Below, in pieces: positions 12,678-24,461 of a DNA stretch of 64,000 nucleotides (the first letter of the stretch is position 1; every line of letters begins with the position of its first letter). The DNA lies in assembly GCA_043228905.1 (NCBI GenBank), contig JBHGNT010000013.1, positions 14,260,001 through 14,324,000 of the forward strand. Reading direction: 5' to 3'. Made by a program: the position numbers and the translations under genes. The notes under the pieces were generated by a model. That model was not told the origin of the DNA and did no database searches. It worked only from the letters and a program-made list of their open reading frames with translations. This DNA comes from Azolla caroliniana (taxonomy: Eukaryota > Plantae > Polypodiophyta).

Positions 12678-15110
12678 AGTACGGATGTGTACCCCCCCGC
12701 AAGGGGGGACAGACTCAGTAGTGCACATGGTGTATGCGATGAATAAGGTGCTAAGGGATTGCATTCCGGACATCACCATGCCATTTTTGGATGACATTCC
12801 GATCAAGGGATGTCCGATGGAGGGCATGGAAGAAATGGTCGGACTGGACAAGTGTCGGAGTTTGGTCTTAGACCACATCAAAGACTGCGAGAAGGTGCTA
12901 CAAAGGCTGGAAGACACGCGGCTCACCTTTTCCGGGGAGAAGTCGGCTTTCGGACAGTCGGAAATCATGGTCGTCGGTCATTTGTGCGGGCCTTATGGCC
13001 GGAAGCCGTCTCCGGCAAAGGTCGAAGCCATTTCTACGATGAAAGAAAATGCAAGTCGGTAACAGAAGTCCAGAGATTCTTGGGAGCTTGCACGTTCTAC
13101 CACATTTGGATACTGCATTACGCCCACATCGCGGAGCCACTCTACGGGTTGTTGAAGAAAGGACGCAAGTTCGAGTGGAGCAGGGAGAATGCAGAGTCTC
13201 TCTGGAAAATGAAAGAAGCGCTTACTGTGGCACCGACGCTCCGGAAAGTAGTCTACAATAAACGCGTTCCGATTTATGTAACCGTAGACACGAGTCTGAC
13301 TGGGATCGGATGGGTGATCAACCAGGAGGATGAGAACGACGCGAGGTTCCCTGTTCGGTTCAGTGCGAAAGTACTTAGCACATGACAACGAGGGTACGCC
13401 CAGGTTAAACACGAACTCTGGGGTATCGTTTTGGCAGTCAAGGACGACAAAGACTACCTAATCGGGACAGAGGTAATAATAGAGACGAACTGCTTGCCGA
13501 TTCTCGGTATGGTTTCCGAATGTGCAACGCCAGACCTGGCAATGCTCAGGTGGATAGTGTACATAAGTCCCTCAATTCGGAGATACGGCACATTTCCGGG
13601 AAAGACAACACCATGGCCGACATGTTTTCAAGAGCAAGGTTTGATGACGAAAACGGCATGGTTTTAGAGGACGAGGAAGTTGGCATGAACTTGTTCGAGA
13701 TAGGTTACGTGACGATGAGAAGGGGGGGCACCTCGGCGCTTAACGAGTTTGACGAGAGTAAGTACGAAGGGGAGTGGCTCCAGATCGGTGGGTTCCTGAG
13801 AACGATGGCGTCGGACACGGCATGGACGAAGGAAGAGGCTAACCGGATCCGAAAGAAAGCGTACCAATTCTTCCTACAGGACAGGAGCATATGGAAGCAC
13901 CCGAAGAAGCGAGACGGCGTCCCACTCCGGGTGGTGGCAAAGGAGGAGCAGGAAGCCTTGCTGACAGCGTACCACAGGAGTCCTTGGGCCGGACATCGGG
14001 GGACATGGGCCACGTTCGAAAAGCTGAAGGAGAAGTACTGGTGGCCAGGACTGTACAGGCACGTGCATCGGTCCGTGACGACTTACGAAAGCTGTTAGAT
14101 GCATTCCGTAGTCCGACATCGGAACGAGCTGCACCCGACTTCACCGCCGATCGTCCACTTCAAGTGGATGGTGGATCTGGTGACAATGCCAATGGGGGTA
14201 GGGCAGGTGTGATACCTAGTGCTAGTACGAGAGGATCTGACGAACCAAGTGGAGGGCTAAGCATTACCAAACAAGACGACCACGACAATGTGCCGGTTCC
14301 TAATCGAGGAGGTGGTGTGTCGGCATGGGTGCGTAGGGAAGATCATAGCAGACCGTGGAGAACTGAATGCACAAGAGGCCGAAGAGCTGTTTGAACGGTT
14401 AAGGGTTAAACTCTCGCTCACCACGGCGTACAATCCGGAGGCAAACAGGAAGGTGGAACGCAGACACAGAACAATTGTAAAAGCGTTGGTATGGGCCCGC
14501 GGAGGCCAAGTCGGGAATTGGTCGCGGCTCCTACCCTACGCATTGTGGGTGTACCGAACTACGTACAGTTCGGTGACTGGGTTCATGCCGGCGGAGCTGA
14601 TGTACGGGCAGAAGCCAATCATGCCGATGGAGAGAACAATCTCCTCGTGGGCTGCGGTGGACTGGAGAGACAAGATGAGCCCGGGAAGAGCTGTTAGCGA
14701 TGCGGATCCAACAACTCGAGTGAAGATCGAAGGACATGGAACGAGCAACGGCGAAGCTGCATGCAGCGAGGACAAAGAACAAGGGGCGATTTGACCGGAC
14801 TCACCGACTACGACCAAGGAAAATCGAGGAAGGCAATTGGATTCTAGTCTACGACAACAGCCTCGACAACTAGCACAAGGCCATGCGAAAGTTTGCGACG
14901 AGGTGGTTCGGGCCTTATGTGGTTACGAGCGCCAACGACAACAACACCTACCACCTCGTGGAACTCGACGAAACGAGAATAGCAATGCCGGAGACTGGGA
15001 AGAGGATCAAGGCATTCCAGAAGCGGCACAAGGACGAACTGGACCTAGAGGACATGGATGGCGACGATGACCGGTGCGAAGCGGGTGGCGAACCGGAAAG
15101 TGAAAGGTAA
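12678..15110 (+). pseudogene. pol: Degenerate pol copy 2 (mid-RT to integrase GPY/F end)
   Basis: Restarts at LVRMCT.PQGG, then PFLDD, RNaseH, integrase and WFGPYVV. Confidence 0.9.
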
Positions 15111-15506
15111 TCGCGGGCCGGTCTTCTCCGGCAAAAGTCTATTCTGGCACATACCAGAGGATGCGCGGTTAGGTGGGGGCGGATGTCGTGGAGAAAACCG
15201 TCCCTAGGAGGAATCAGTGGATAGCATGCGTGAACCGGCCCTTACACACGGGCACATGATTTGATATATTTACAGGTCGGCGATGTAATTATCCTAGGTA
15301 GCACAAATTCTTTAGGTAGGGAATCAAAGAGGATCTCTGTCCAAAAGGGCAGAGAATAACAGTGATTTAATAGTCTGTAAACGACTCTCTCTCCTTGTGC
15401 TATAAAACGAGGGGGAAAGAGCTGAGTAGGGATTGCGCGTTTTTGAGAGGACGAAGTGCTGTCAGACTAGGTACCAAGCTCTCTCCTCCACCATCATTAG
15501 GGGTTT

Positions 15507-16146
15507 TGACAGGAACTGCACGCTCCCGATGAACAACGCTCGGCCACAACCGAGCCTAGAATAAAACACAGAAAACAGGGAATGAAAGCACAACGCGATA
15601 GAGAGAAAAGTACACAGGATGTTTACGTGGAAAACCCAAACTAGGGAGAAACCACGGCAGCCCACAGGCTGCAAACTATCACTATGTTACAGTGTACAAC
15701 AGTAAAGCACCGAGGCAACAACCTCGAGCTTTCTATCTTCGCCACAGGCGGCGGTTACAGCAGAGGCAACGACCTCTTCCTCTCTCTGTCTCTCTCTCTG
15801 TACACAGTTACGCGTTCTAATCTTGCACCAACAAGAATGACAACAACACACAATAAGTTTGCCCTAAGTCATATTTATACTAATATGACTTTTCGGCTAT
15901 TTACAAATATAGCCCCGATGGACTCTCAGACGACATATTTACGAATATGTCCCTTCATCCGGTGAGCACTCCTCTCCTCACCGGGCCTGCATCATCTGGA
16001 TCTTGCCGGGCACTCGTCATCCGGTTCTCACCGGGTCTTCCGTAGCTGGGTACTTGTCATCCGGTTCTCACCGGGTCTTCCGTTAGCCGTTTGCTCATCA
16101 GTACTGTTCTTCTCATTTCCCATCCGGAGGGACCTATTTCCTAACA
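15507..16146 (-). mobile_element. Solo LTR of a Tnt1/Tork-like Copia (family of G and K)
   Basis: Homologous to the G LTRs (TGACAGGAACT...CCTAACA). Flanks GGTTT/CGTTT give a 4/5 TSD match. Confidence 0.85.
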
Positions 16147-16428
16147 CGTTTAGGGTTAGGTTGGCTGCCTCTGCTGTGTGAAAGCCCGCGTGCTTCCGGT
16201 AGAGGCTCCACCACATACCAGTGCGTGTGTTCGTATGTGTTGAGTTTGTCACCAGCTTGCTAATTGTAACATTGCAAGCTGTAATCTATATTGATTTTGG
16301 TATTGATTCTTTTGTATCTGTCTCTCTGTGTTTCTGCGAATCTCTCTTCCTCTTCTCTCTCACGCTCCTCGGTTCAGGGCCCCCGCGGTCCCGCCTTATT
16401 TCATACGTGTGAGCGTAACAACATGACA

Positions 16429-19400
16429 CCGGAAAAAAGGGGAGTCGTAGGTTGCAGGCTTGAACTTGCGCGGGCGAACCCGACAGATTTCAAGTTTGTT
16501 GCCTTAACCACTCGGCCAAGCCAACCACATTTTCATAAAATCTAGTTTGGTTTGCCTTGGACAAAGAGCACAACGACATCTATGTTAACGTGGTTGTTGA
16601 TAGTAACCCTATCAAAATGGCTTTCATTGGGTGCTAAGTTCAAACTTGTGCGGGCGAACACATTAGATTTCATGTTTGTCACCTTAACCACTTGACCAAG
16701 CTGACTACTTTTTCGTATTCATGACAAATGGAGGGCTCATCGGTTGTAGGCTTCGAACCTAAGTAGGCGAATCCAACATATTTCGAGTCTCTCGGCACCA
16801 TGATACTATCGACCACATAGGTAATGATAGTAACCCCCCGCACCCCTCTAGGGTTCAAACTTGCCGGGGGGAACCCAACCGATTTGAAGTTTGTAGCGTT
16901 GAATATGTGGCCAAACCGACGACTCCTCGATAATATTAATTTCTTAACTTGGCACAAAGGGCACGTCGGCATATATGACGATGTGGTTATTGATAGTGAC
17001 CCTAACAAACAATAGTCGTGTTTGATCGTGAGCTAGCGAACCCAACAGATTCTGAGTCTTCTTCTTAACCTGGCATAGCGGGCATGGTGGCACCTACGAT
17101 GATGTGGTTATTGGCATAGCGGGCATGGTGGCACCTATGATGATGTGGTTATTGATCATGGGGGCACCTACCCGGGTGAACCTAACAGATTTCAAGTCTG
17201 TCCCCTTAACCACTCGGCCAAACCGACTAGTTATTTGCAATCTGATTTTCTTAATGTGGAACAAAGGGCATCGCGGCAGCTATGATAACGTGGTTATTGA
17301 TAGTAACACTGACAAAAGGGGAGACCTCGGTTGTAGTGTTCGATCATGATCTAGCGAAACCAACAGATTTTGAGTCTTCGTCTTAACAACTCGGCCAAGG
17401 CAACCGCTTGTTCAACTTAAACTTGGCATGGAGGGCATGGCATCACCTACGACGATGTGGTTATTGGTAGTAACCCATACAAAAGGGGAGTCGTAGCCTG
17501 CAAGGTTGAACGTCCGTGGGCGAACCCAACAGATTTCTAGTCTATCTCCTTAATCACTCTGCCAAGCACACCACGTTTTCATCAAATCTAGTTTCATTGG
17601 CCTTGGATAAAGAGGACAAGGACATCTATGTTGACGTGATTATTGATAGTGACCCTATCAAAATGGGTTTCATTGACTGCTAGGTTCAAACCTGTGCGGG
17701 CGAACACATTAGATTTCATGTCAGTCACCTTAACCACTCGACCAAGCCGATTGCTTTTTCGTAATCATGACAAAGGGAGACTCATCGGTTATAGGCTTCT
17801 AACCTAAGCAGGCGAACCCAACATATTTTGAGTCCTTCGGCACAACGATACTTTCCACCACATAGGTAATGATAGTAACCGCCCGCCCCCCTCTAGGGTT
17901 CGAACTTGCTGGGGGGAACCCAATAGATTTGAAGTTTGTAGCATCGAATACGCGGCCAAACCAACGACTTTTGCATAATATTAATTTCTTAACCTGGCAC
18001 AAAGGGCACGTCGGCATCTATGACGATGTGGTTATTAATTAGTAGTGATCGGTTGTAGTGTTTGATCGTGAGATAGCGAACCCAACAGATTCCGAGCCTT
18101 GTTCTTCACTTGGCATAGGAGGCATGGTGGCACCTAAGATGATGTGGTTATTGGTAATAACCGGGACAAAAAGGTCTAAGTCTTTCCGTTATACAAAACG
18201 AGTATAAAGAATCAGAAAATTGTCAATGTATTCATTCTGTAGTGGGTGTGGCAAGCGACCCATCCCACAAGGAAGTTTTGGGTATCCTACTCAAACCTGG
18301 GGAATTTTTGATCGTCGATTGCAGGGTTCGAACCTACACGGGTGAACCTAACAGATTTCAAGTCTGTCGCCTTAACCACTCAGCCAAACTGACTAGTTAT
18401 TTGCAATCTAATTTTGTTAGTAACACTGACAAAAAACGAGACGTCGGTTGTAGTGTTCGATCGTGATCTAGCGAATACAACAAATTTTCAGTCTTCGTCT
18501 TAACCACTCGGCCAAGGCAACCGCTTGTTCATCTTAAACTTGGCATGGCATGGCGGCACCTACGACGATGTGGCTATTAGTAGTAACCAAGACAAAAGGG
18601 GAGTCGTAGGCTGCAAGGTTGAACGTGCGAGGGTGAACCCAACAGATTTCGAGTCTGTCTCCTTAACCACTCAGCCAAGCACACCACGTTTTCATCAAAT
18701 CTAGTTTCATTTCCCTTGGATAAAGAGGACAAGGACATCTACGTTGACGTGGTTATTGACAGTGACCCCATCTAAATGGGTTTCATTGACCACTAGGTTC
18801 AAACTTGTGCGGGCGAACACATTAGATTTCATGTCAGTCACCTTAATCACTCGAACAAGCCGACTGCTTTTTCGTAATCATGACAAAGCGAGACTCATCG
18901 GCTATAGGCTTCGAACCTAAAGAGGCGAACCCAACATATTATGAGTCCTTCGGCACAACGATACTTTCGACCACATAGGTAATGATAGTAACCGCCTGCC
19001 CCCCTCTAGGGTTCGAACTTGCTGGGGGTGACCCAACAGATTTGATGTTTGTAGCATTGAATACGCGGCCAAACCGACGACTTTTGCATAATATTAATTT
19101 CTTAACCTGGCACATAGGGCACGTCGGCATCTATGACGACATGGTTATTGATATTGACCCTAACAAAACAGTAGTTATCGGTAGTAGTGTTTGATCGTGA
19201 GCTAGCAAACCCAACATATTCCGAGTCTTCTTCTTAACCTGGCATAGAGGGCATGGTGGCACCTTACGATGATGTGGTTATTGGTAGTAACCCGGACAAA
19301 AGGGTAGTCGTCGGTTGCAGGGTTCGAACCTACGCAAGCGAACCCAACATATTTCAAGTCTGTCGCCTTAACCACTCGGCCAAACCGACTAGTTATTTGC

Positions 19401-19631
19401 AATCGTATTTTCTTATCTTGGAACTAAGGGCATCGCGACAGCTATGATAACATCGTTATTGATAATAACACTGACAAAAGGGGAGACGTCGGCTGTAGTG
19501 TTCGATCGTGATCTAGCGAATCCAACAAATTTTGAGTCTTCGTCTTAACCACTTGGCCAAGGCAACCGCTTGTTCATCTTAAATTTGGCACGCAGGGCGC
19601 ACGACACCTTCGATGATGTGGTTATCGGTAG
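16429..19631 (-). repeat. tRNA-Ser-derived tandem array, three higher-order units of 7 monomers
   Basis: Monomers are reverse complements of plant-type tRNA-Ser plus spacer. The same monomer type recurs at ~16445, 17491 and 18603. Confidence 0.92.
19309..19389 (-). tRNA. tRNA-Ser(UGA), near-intact array copy (possibly a pseudogene)
   Basis: GTCGGTT/AACCGAC acceptor stem, D arm GCCGAGTGGTTAAGGC, loop CTTGAAA, long variable arm, GGTTCGAACC. One anticodon-stem mismatch. Confidence 0.7.
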
Positions 19632-20542
19632 TGTTGAGTGGCGTGGGAAGAGTCGATGAGCAGAGTTCTCTACTACTTCGTGTCTTGTGTGGGCGAACAA
19701 CTTCTGAGCTATATTTGGGATGCGAAAATGCCAAAGGATGCTTGGGGAAATCATAAGAAGATTTTCACCGCAAACACCACAACCAGGAAGCTTCAACTCC
19801 GACAGGAGCTGAGCAACTTACGACAACGCGACTTGTCGGTGGCTGATTACACCTCGAAGATGAAAGAGATATGCGACTCCTTAGCCTCTATTGATGTCAA
19901 TGTCGAGGAAGGCGAGATGGTGCAGATCTGTCTCGGGGGACTGGCGTCGAAGTTCGGAGCATTCCTATTAGAGACATGTACTAAAGTAAGCATTAGAAAA
20001 GGATAGATCTAGGTAGATAGAAAGAAAGGAGAGAGAGAAAGAAGGGTGCTCATCCGCCCGACCAACCCCGAGCGAAGGGATCGAGATGGACTCAAGCCTC
20101 GATCGGCGTCCCATACCACCACCGTGGCGTCGAGTCGTACCTGGTGTTGGCGCGCTCGCTACAAAAGTTGACCCACCACAAGACAGAGTCTCGACGTAGT
20201 CAACCATATAATGAAATGAGGATAGCTAGGCCTCTATTTATAGTGATACCCAAGGCCCCCAGCCAGAGTCGTACTTGGTGCTGGCAGGCTTGCTAAAAAA
20301 GTTGACCCACCACAAGACAGAGTCTCGACGTAGTCTACCAGATAATGAAATGAGGGTAGCTAAGCCTCTTATTTATAGCGATACCCAAGGCCCCTAGGCA
20401 AGTTCACACTTGGCCTAATGGGTTGTCTCAATCCTGAGGATTTAAAAGTAATCCTCCCCTTCTTTACACTCTCGTTTAACCCTCACACTTATCCACATGT
20501 ATAGAATACTATGGTAAATTCTCACCACGGGATATTATATGG

Positions 20543-22962
20543 TCATGCCCGTAACATACTCCCCCTCTTTAAAACATTGCACTCTTGCAATGGAAAGTTA
20601 GGGAAGTTAGTTCTGAGAGTATTTTTGCGTTCCCATGTGGCATCTTTTATTGATTTATCCATCCATTTTATTTTAAATTCTTGGATTTCTTTAGTACGTA
20701 ATTTTTTTGTTTTAACATCGAGAACTCTTTCTGGTACATGTGGTTTAGAAGATAATTCTTCAGAAGTAACCAGAGTTTCAGTTGTAACTGTATTATCGCC
20801 AAAAAATAGAAGTTCTTTTAGATGACTCACATGAAAGACTGGATGAATTCCAACACCATCGGGAAGAGCGAGATGATAGGTTGATGACCCAATGCGTTTG
20901 AGCACTGTAAAAGGTCCACAAAACCGTGGGGCTAACTTAGCGCACTTACTCGTAGACAATGTCTTAGAATTGTGAGGTACACATAAAAATACCTTCTGTC
21001 TAGGGTTGAATACACGAGCTCGCCTATGATGATCGGCATAAAAACGGGCTCTATCTTGAGCTGTTTTTATATTATCTTGTGCAATATGCAACATATCTTG
21101 CATATCCCGAAGAAAGTTTTGCGTCCTTCGCAACTCATCATGATGTATATTAACATCAATCGGGGCTCGTGGCTGAAAACCATACATCAACATAAAAGGA
21201 CTATATCCCGTCGATGTATGCTTGGAGTTGTTATAAGCAAACTCCAAAATTGGGAGATAACGTTCCCATTTTGTTGGTTTTGCACCAAGATATGCTTGAA
21301 GCATGTCCTCAATAATTTGATTTACTCGTTCTGTTTGTCCATCGGATTGAGGATGATTCGTGGAGCTCATGCTCAACGTAGTTTCTAACTTCTTGAAGAC
21401 TTGCGTCCAGAAGTCACGAGTAAACTTTGGATGTCGATCACTTACGATATCCATCGGCAACCCATAAAAACGAAATAACTCGTCAACGAATTGGTAAGCC
21501 AATTCAGGAGCTGTTACCGTGGTTTTAGTAGCAATAAATCTGGCCATTTTAGTTAGTCGATCAACCACCAGCCAGATGACATCATGGCCTTTTTGGTTGC
21601 GAGGAAGGCTAACAATAAAATCCATGGATATACTTTCCCACTTATTATTGGGAATGTCCAAGGGATGTAAAAGTCTTGCGGCTTTAAGTCACTCGGCTTT
21701 GTTAACCTGACATTGGTGATATTTAGTCACATAGCTATGTATGTCAGGACGCATCTTAGGCCAATAAAATTGAGTGGAGATGAGAACGAGTGTACGATGT
21801 ATTCTAGGGTGCCTTGCTGAGGGTGCATCATGGCATTAAAAAAGAATCCTCTTTTTTACCTCAAGCAAATCTGGAACACAAACCTTCCCATTACGGTAGA
21901 GCAGACCGTTAGCAATGTGGAAGTATTCCTTCGAGGATGTGGTGGTGTCTGTTCCAGATTCAACTCTTGCCCAATATTTTGCGAAATAACTGTCATCACA
22001 TAAAGATCTAATGTTATTTTAGTGAAGCTAAGCATGTTAACTTCACGGATGCGACTTAGTGCATTAGTGACAGTGTTTATGGAACCTTTACGATATCGTA
22101 TGGAAAAATCAAAGTCCTGGATGAGATCAGCCCATCATGCCTTACGACCTTTCAGGTCTTGTTGGTCACAAAAATATTTCAAGGAATCGTGGTCCGTAGT
22201 TACTACAAAGTGATTTCCATAAAGATAATGGCGCCATGTTTTGAGTGCATGTATAACTACAAATAATTCCTTTTCTTGAACGGTATACTGACGTTGAACA
22301 GAATCAAGTTTCTTACTCTCGAATGCTATTGGTTTACCATCTTGATATAAGACAACACCTATAACATAATTGCTTGCATCGGTTTCAACCTCAAAAGGTT
22401 TTGAAGGATCGCGTAAAAGAAGTGAAGGAGCCTTACACACCAGGTCCTTGAGTTCCTTAAAGGCGAGGTCTAGTGTAGCATTCCAGAAAATAGGTTTTGT
22501 AAACTTACGCGTTTGACCTTTTAGAAGATCAGTAAACGACGTCGTCAATTGGGAGTAATTACAAAGGGATTTTCGCAAAAACCCGACAAAACCAAGGAAT
22601 GATCGAACTTCTCGAATATTCCAAAGAGTGGGTCAAAGCTTGATTTTCTCGATGCGAGAAGGATCAATTTCAACTCCTCGTTCGGTTATGAGATGTCCAA
22701 GATAAGTAATTGATTTCTTGAAGAACTCACATTTTGAGATCTTCGCGTAAAACTGTTTGTCACGTAATGTCTGTAAAACAAAGTGGACATGTTTAGCATG
22801 TTCGAGTAATGTACAGCTATAAACTAAAATATCATCCAAGAAAATAACGACAAATTTTTCAAGTTGTTCTCGGAAAATGTCATTCATTTCTTGTTGAAAT
22901 GTAGCTGGAGCATTGGTCAAACCAAAAGGCATAACCAAAAACTCATAATGGCCATAGCGCGT
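20543..22962 (-). pseudogene. pol: Chromovirus H RT C-half, RNaseH, integrase and chromodomain
   Basis: [50 protein letters not shown]...KIKW.....ATWE. Confidence 0.92.
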
Positions 22963-24461
22963 TGTCGTGAAGAAAACCGGGCATAGGCGGAATCAGAGAA
23001 AAAAGCACATGAACCGGCTCTTACACGGATGGGCGCCTGAATTGATATTTTGATATTTTGTACATGATTCATAAATGGATCGACTGATGTAAATACTAAG
23101 TAGTACACATTTATTGAGGGATTGTGCGTATCTCTGTCGAAAGGGACAAGGAATAAAGCGGTTTAACTAGGGAAAAGAGGCACCCCCCTTTGGGGAACTA
23201 TTTAAGGAGAGGAGAGGAGGAAAGGGCATCGCGCATTGGCGAGGATGAAGTGCTGCTGCAGAACCAAGTGTCGAGCTCTCTCTTCTCCTCCTCCGGTCGT
23301 CGGTCTCTGTGGGTGTCGGGAGTTCGCTGCCTCTGCTTCGTTGACAGCCCGTGTGCTTCAAGCAGAGGCTCTCCCCCTTTTGGTTCCTGGAGTTGTGTGG
23401 TAGTCGTCTGTGTGCGTGAGTAGGACCCCGTGTTGGGACCACTGCCGATACTCGGCATGGTTTCCGGATGCGCGATGCCGAACCTAGCAATGCTCCGGTG
23501 GATAGCGTACATTAAGTCCCTGAACCCGGAGATACGGCACATCTCCGGAAAGGACAACGCCATGGCCGACATGCTTTCAAGGGCAAGGTTCAACAACGAA
23601 GACGGCATGGTTTCGGATGACAAAGAAATCGGCGAGGACTTCTTTGGGTCGGCTAACGTAACGACGAGAAAAGGGAACACTCCGGCGCTTAACGAATTTG
23701 ACGAGAGTAGGTACGACGGGGAGTGGCTCCGAATCGGGAGGTTCCTACGGACGATGACACCGGACGCAGCATGGGCGAGAGAGGAGGCAAGCCGCATACG
23801 GAGGAAGGCGATGTCGTGAACAAAACCGTCCACAAGCGGAATCGGTGCACCGGAGCGTAGGAACCGGCTCTTCATGCACGTGCGTCTTATGTGGTACATA
23901 GAAGCGCCTAGGTTGGAAGTTAATGGGAAATGGCTCCTTTCTTTCCTATAAAAGGAGGGAGACGAGGAGCTTCGGCGGATCGCGGTTAGAGAGGACGAAG
24001 TGTTGTCAGGTTGTGGGCCGAAGGCTTCTCTCTCTTCCATACTCCGTAGCTTCTTTCTGTGCAGGGTTTCGGGAGGCTCGCGCTGCTCTGAGGAATGCCC
24101 GAGTGCTTCCGGCAGCACCTCCAACCTACTCCTTTCTTTCTGAGCATTTACGAACAGGCATCGGCATCTGTTCGCTGGCCTGTTCGGTTGTAACTGACTT
24201 CGTGCTTCTTGTTGTTTGTCCTTGTTAATATATATATACATACATTTGTGTCTCTCTGCGTCGTGTCCCACTCGCGTCTTTGTGTCGAAGGACCGTGTCC
24301 CTGTGAATCTACGCCCACACGTAGTGGGTCCCTTCCCTTCTCCTTTGTCTCTTGCTCTTCGGTACAAGACCCCCGAGGCCCCGCCTCATTCCACGCATCC
24401 GCGAGGAATACCTCGACATCTTGGTGAACCCGACGTGAAAGAGGCGGCAGAAGAGCAGAAG

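Larger units (their letters stand above)
10301..16428 (+). mobile_element. Ty3/Gypsy element D (Trp group): two fused pol remnants, PPT and 3' LTR
   Basis: RT-RH-INT fragments, PPT before 15184, LTR 15184-16428 split by a solo Copia LTR, ending ACATGACA against the tRNA array (CCGG). Confidence 0.85.

Noticed and set aside
16149-16162. Telomeric repeat TTTAGGG
   Set aside because: Only one exact unit, inside an LTR.
16846-17965. Opal-suppressor or selenocysteine tRNA (TCA anticodon in D-type monomers)
   Set aside because: These monomers lack the 3' acceptor strand and have broken stems. Sister copies carry other triplets, so this is a decayed Ser copy.
16429-19631. Cluster of SINE insertions
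   Set aside because: No tRNA-unrelated body, tail or individual TSDs. The fixed monomer order indicates tandem amplification.
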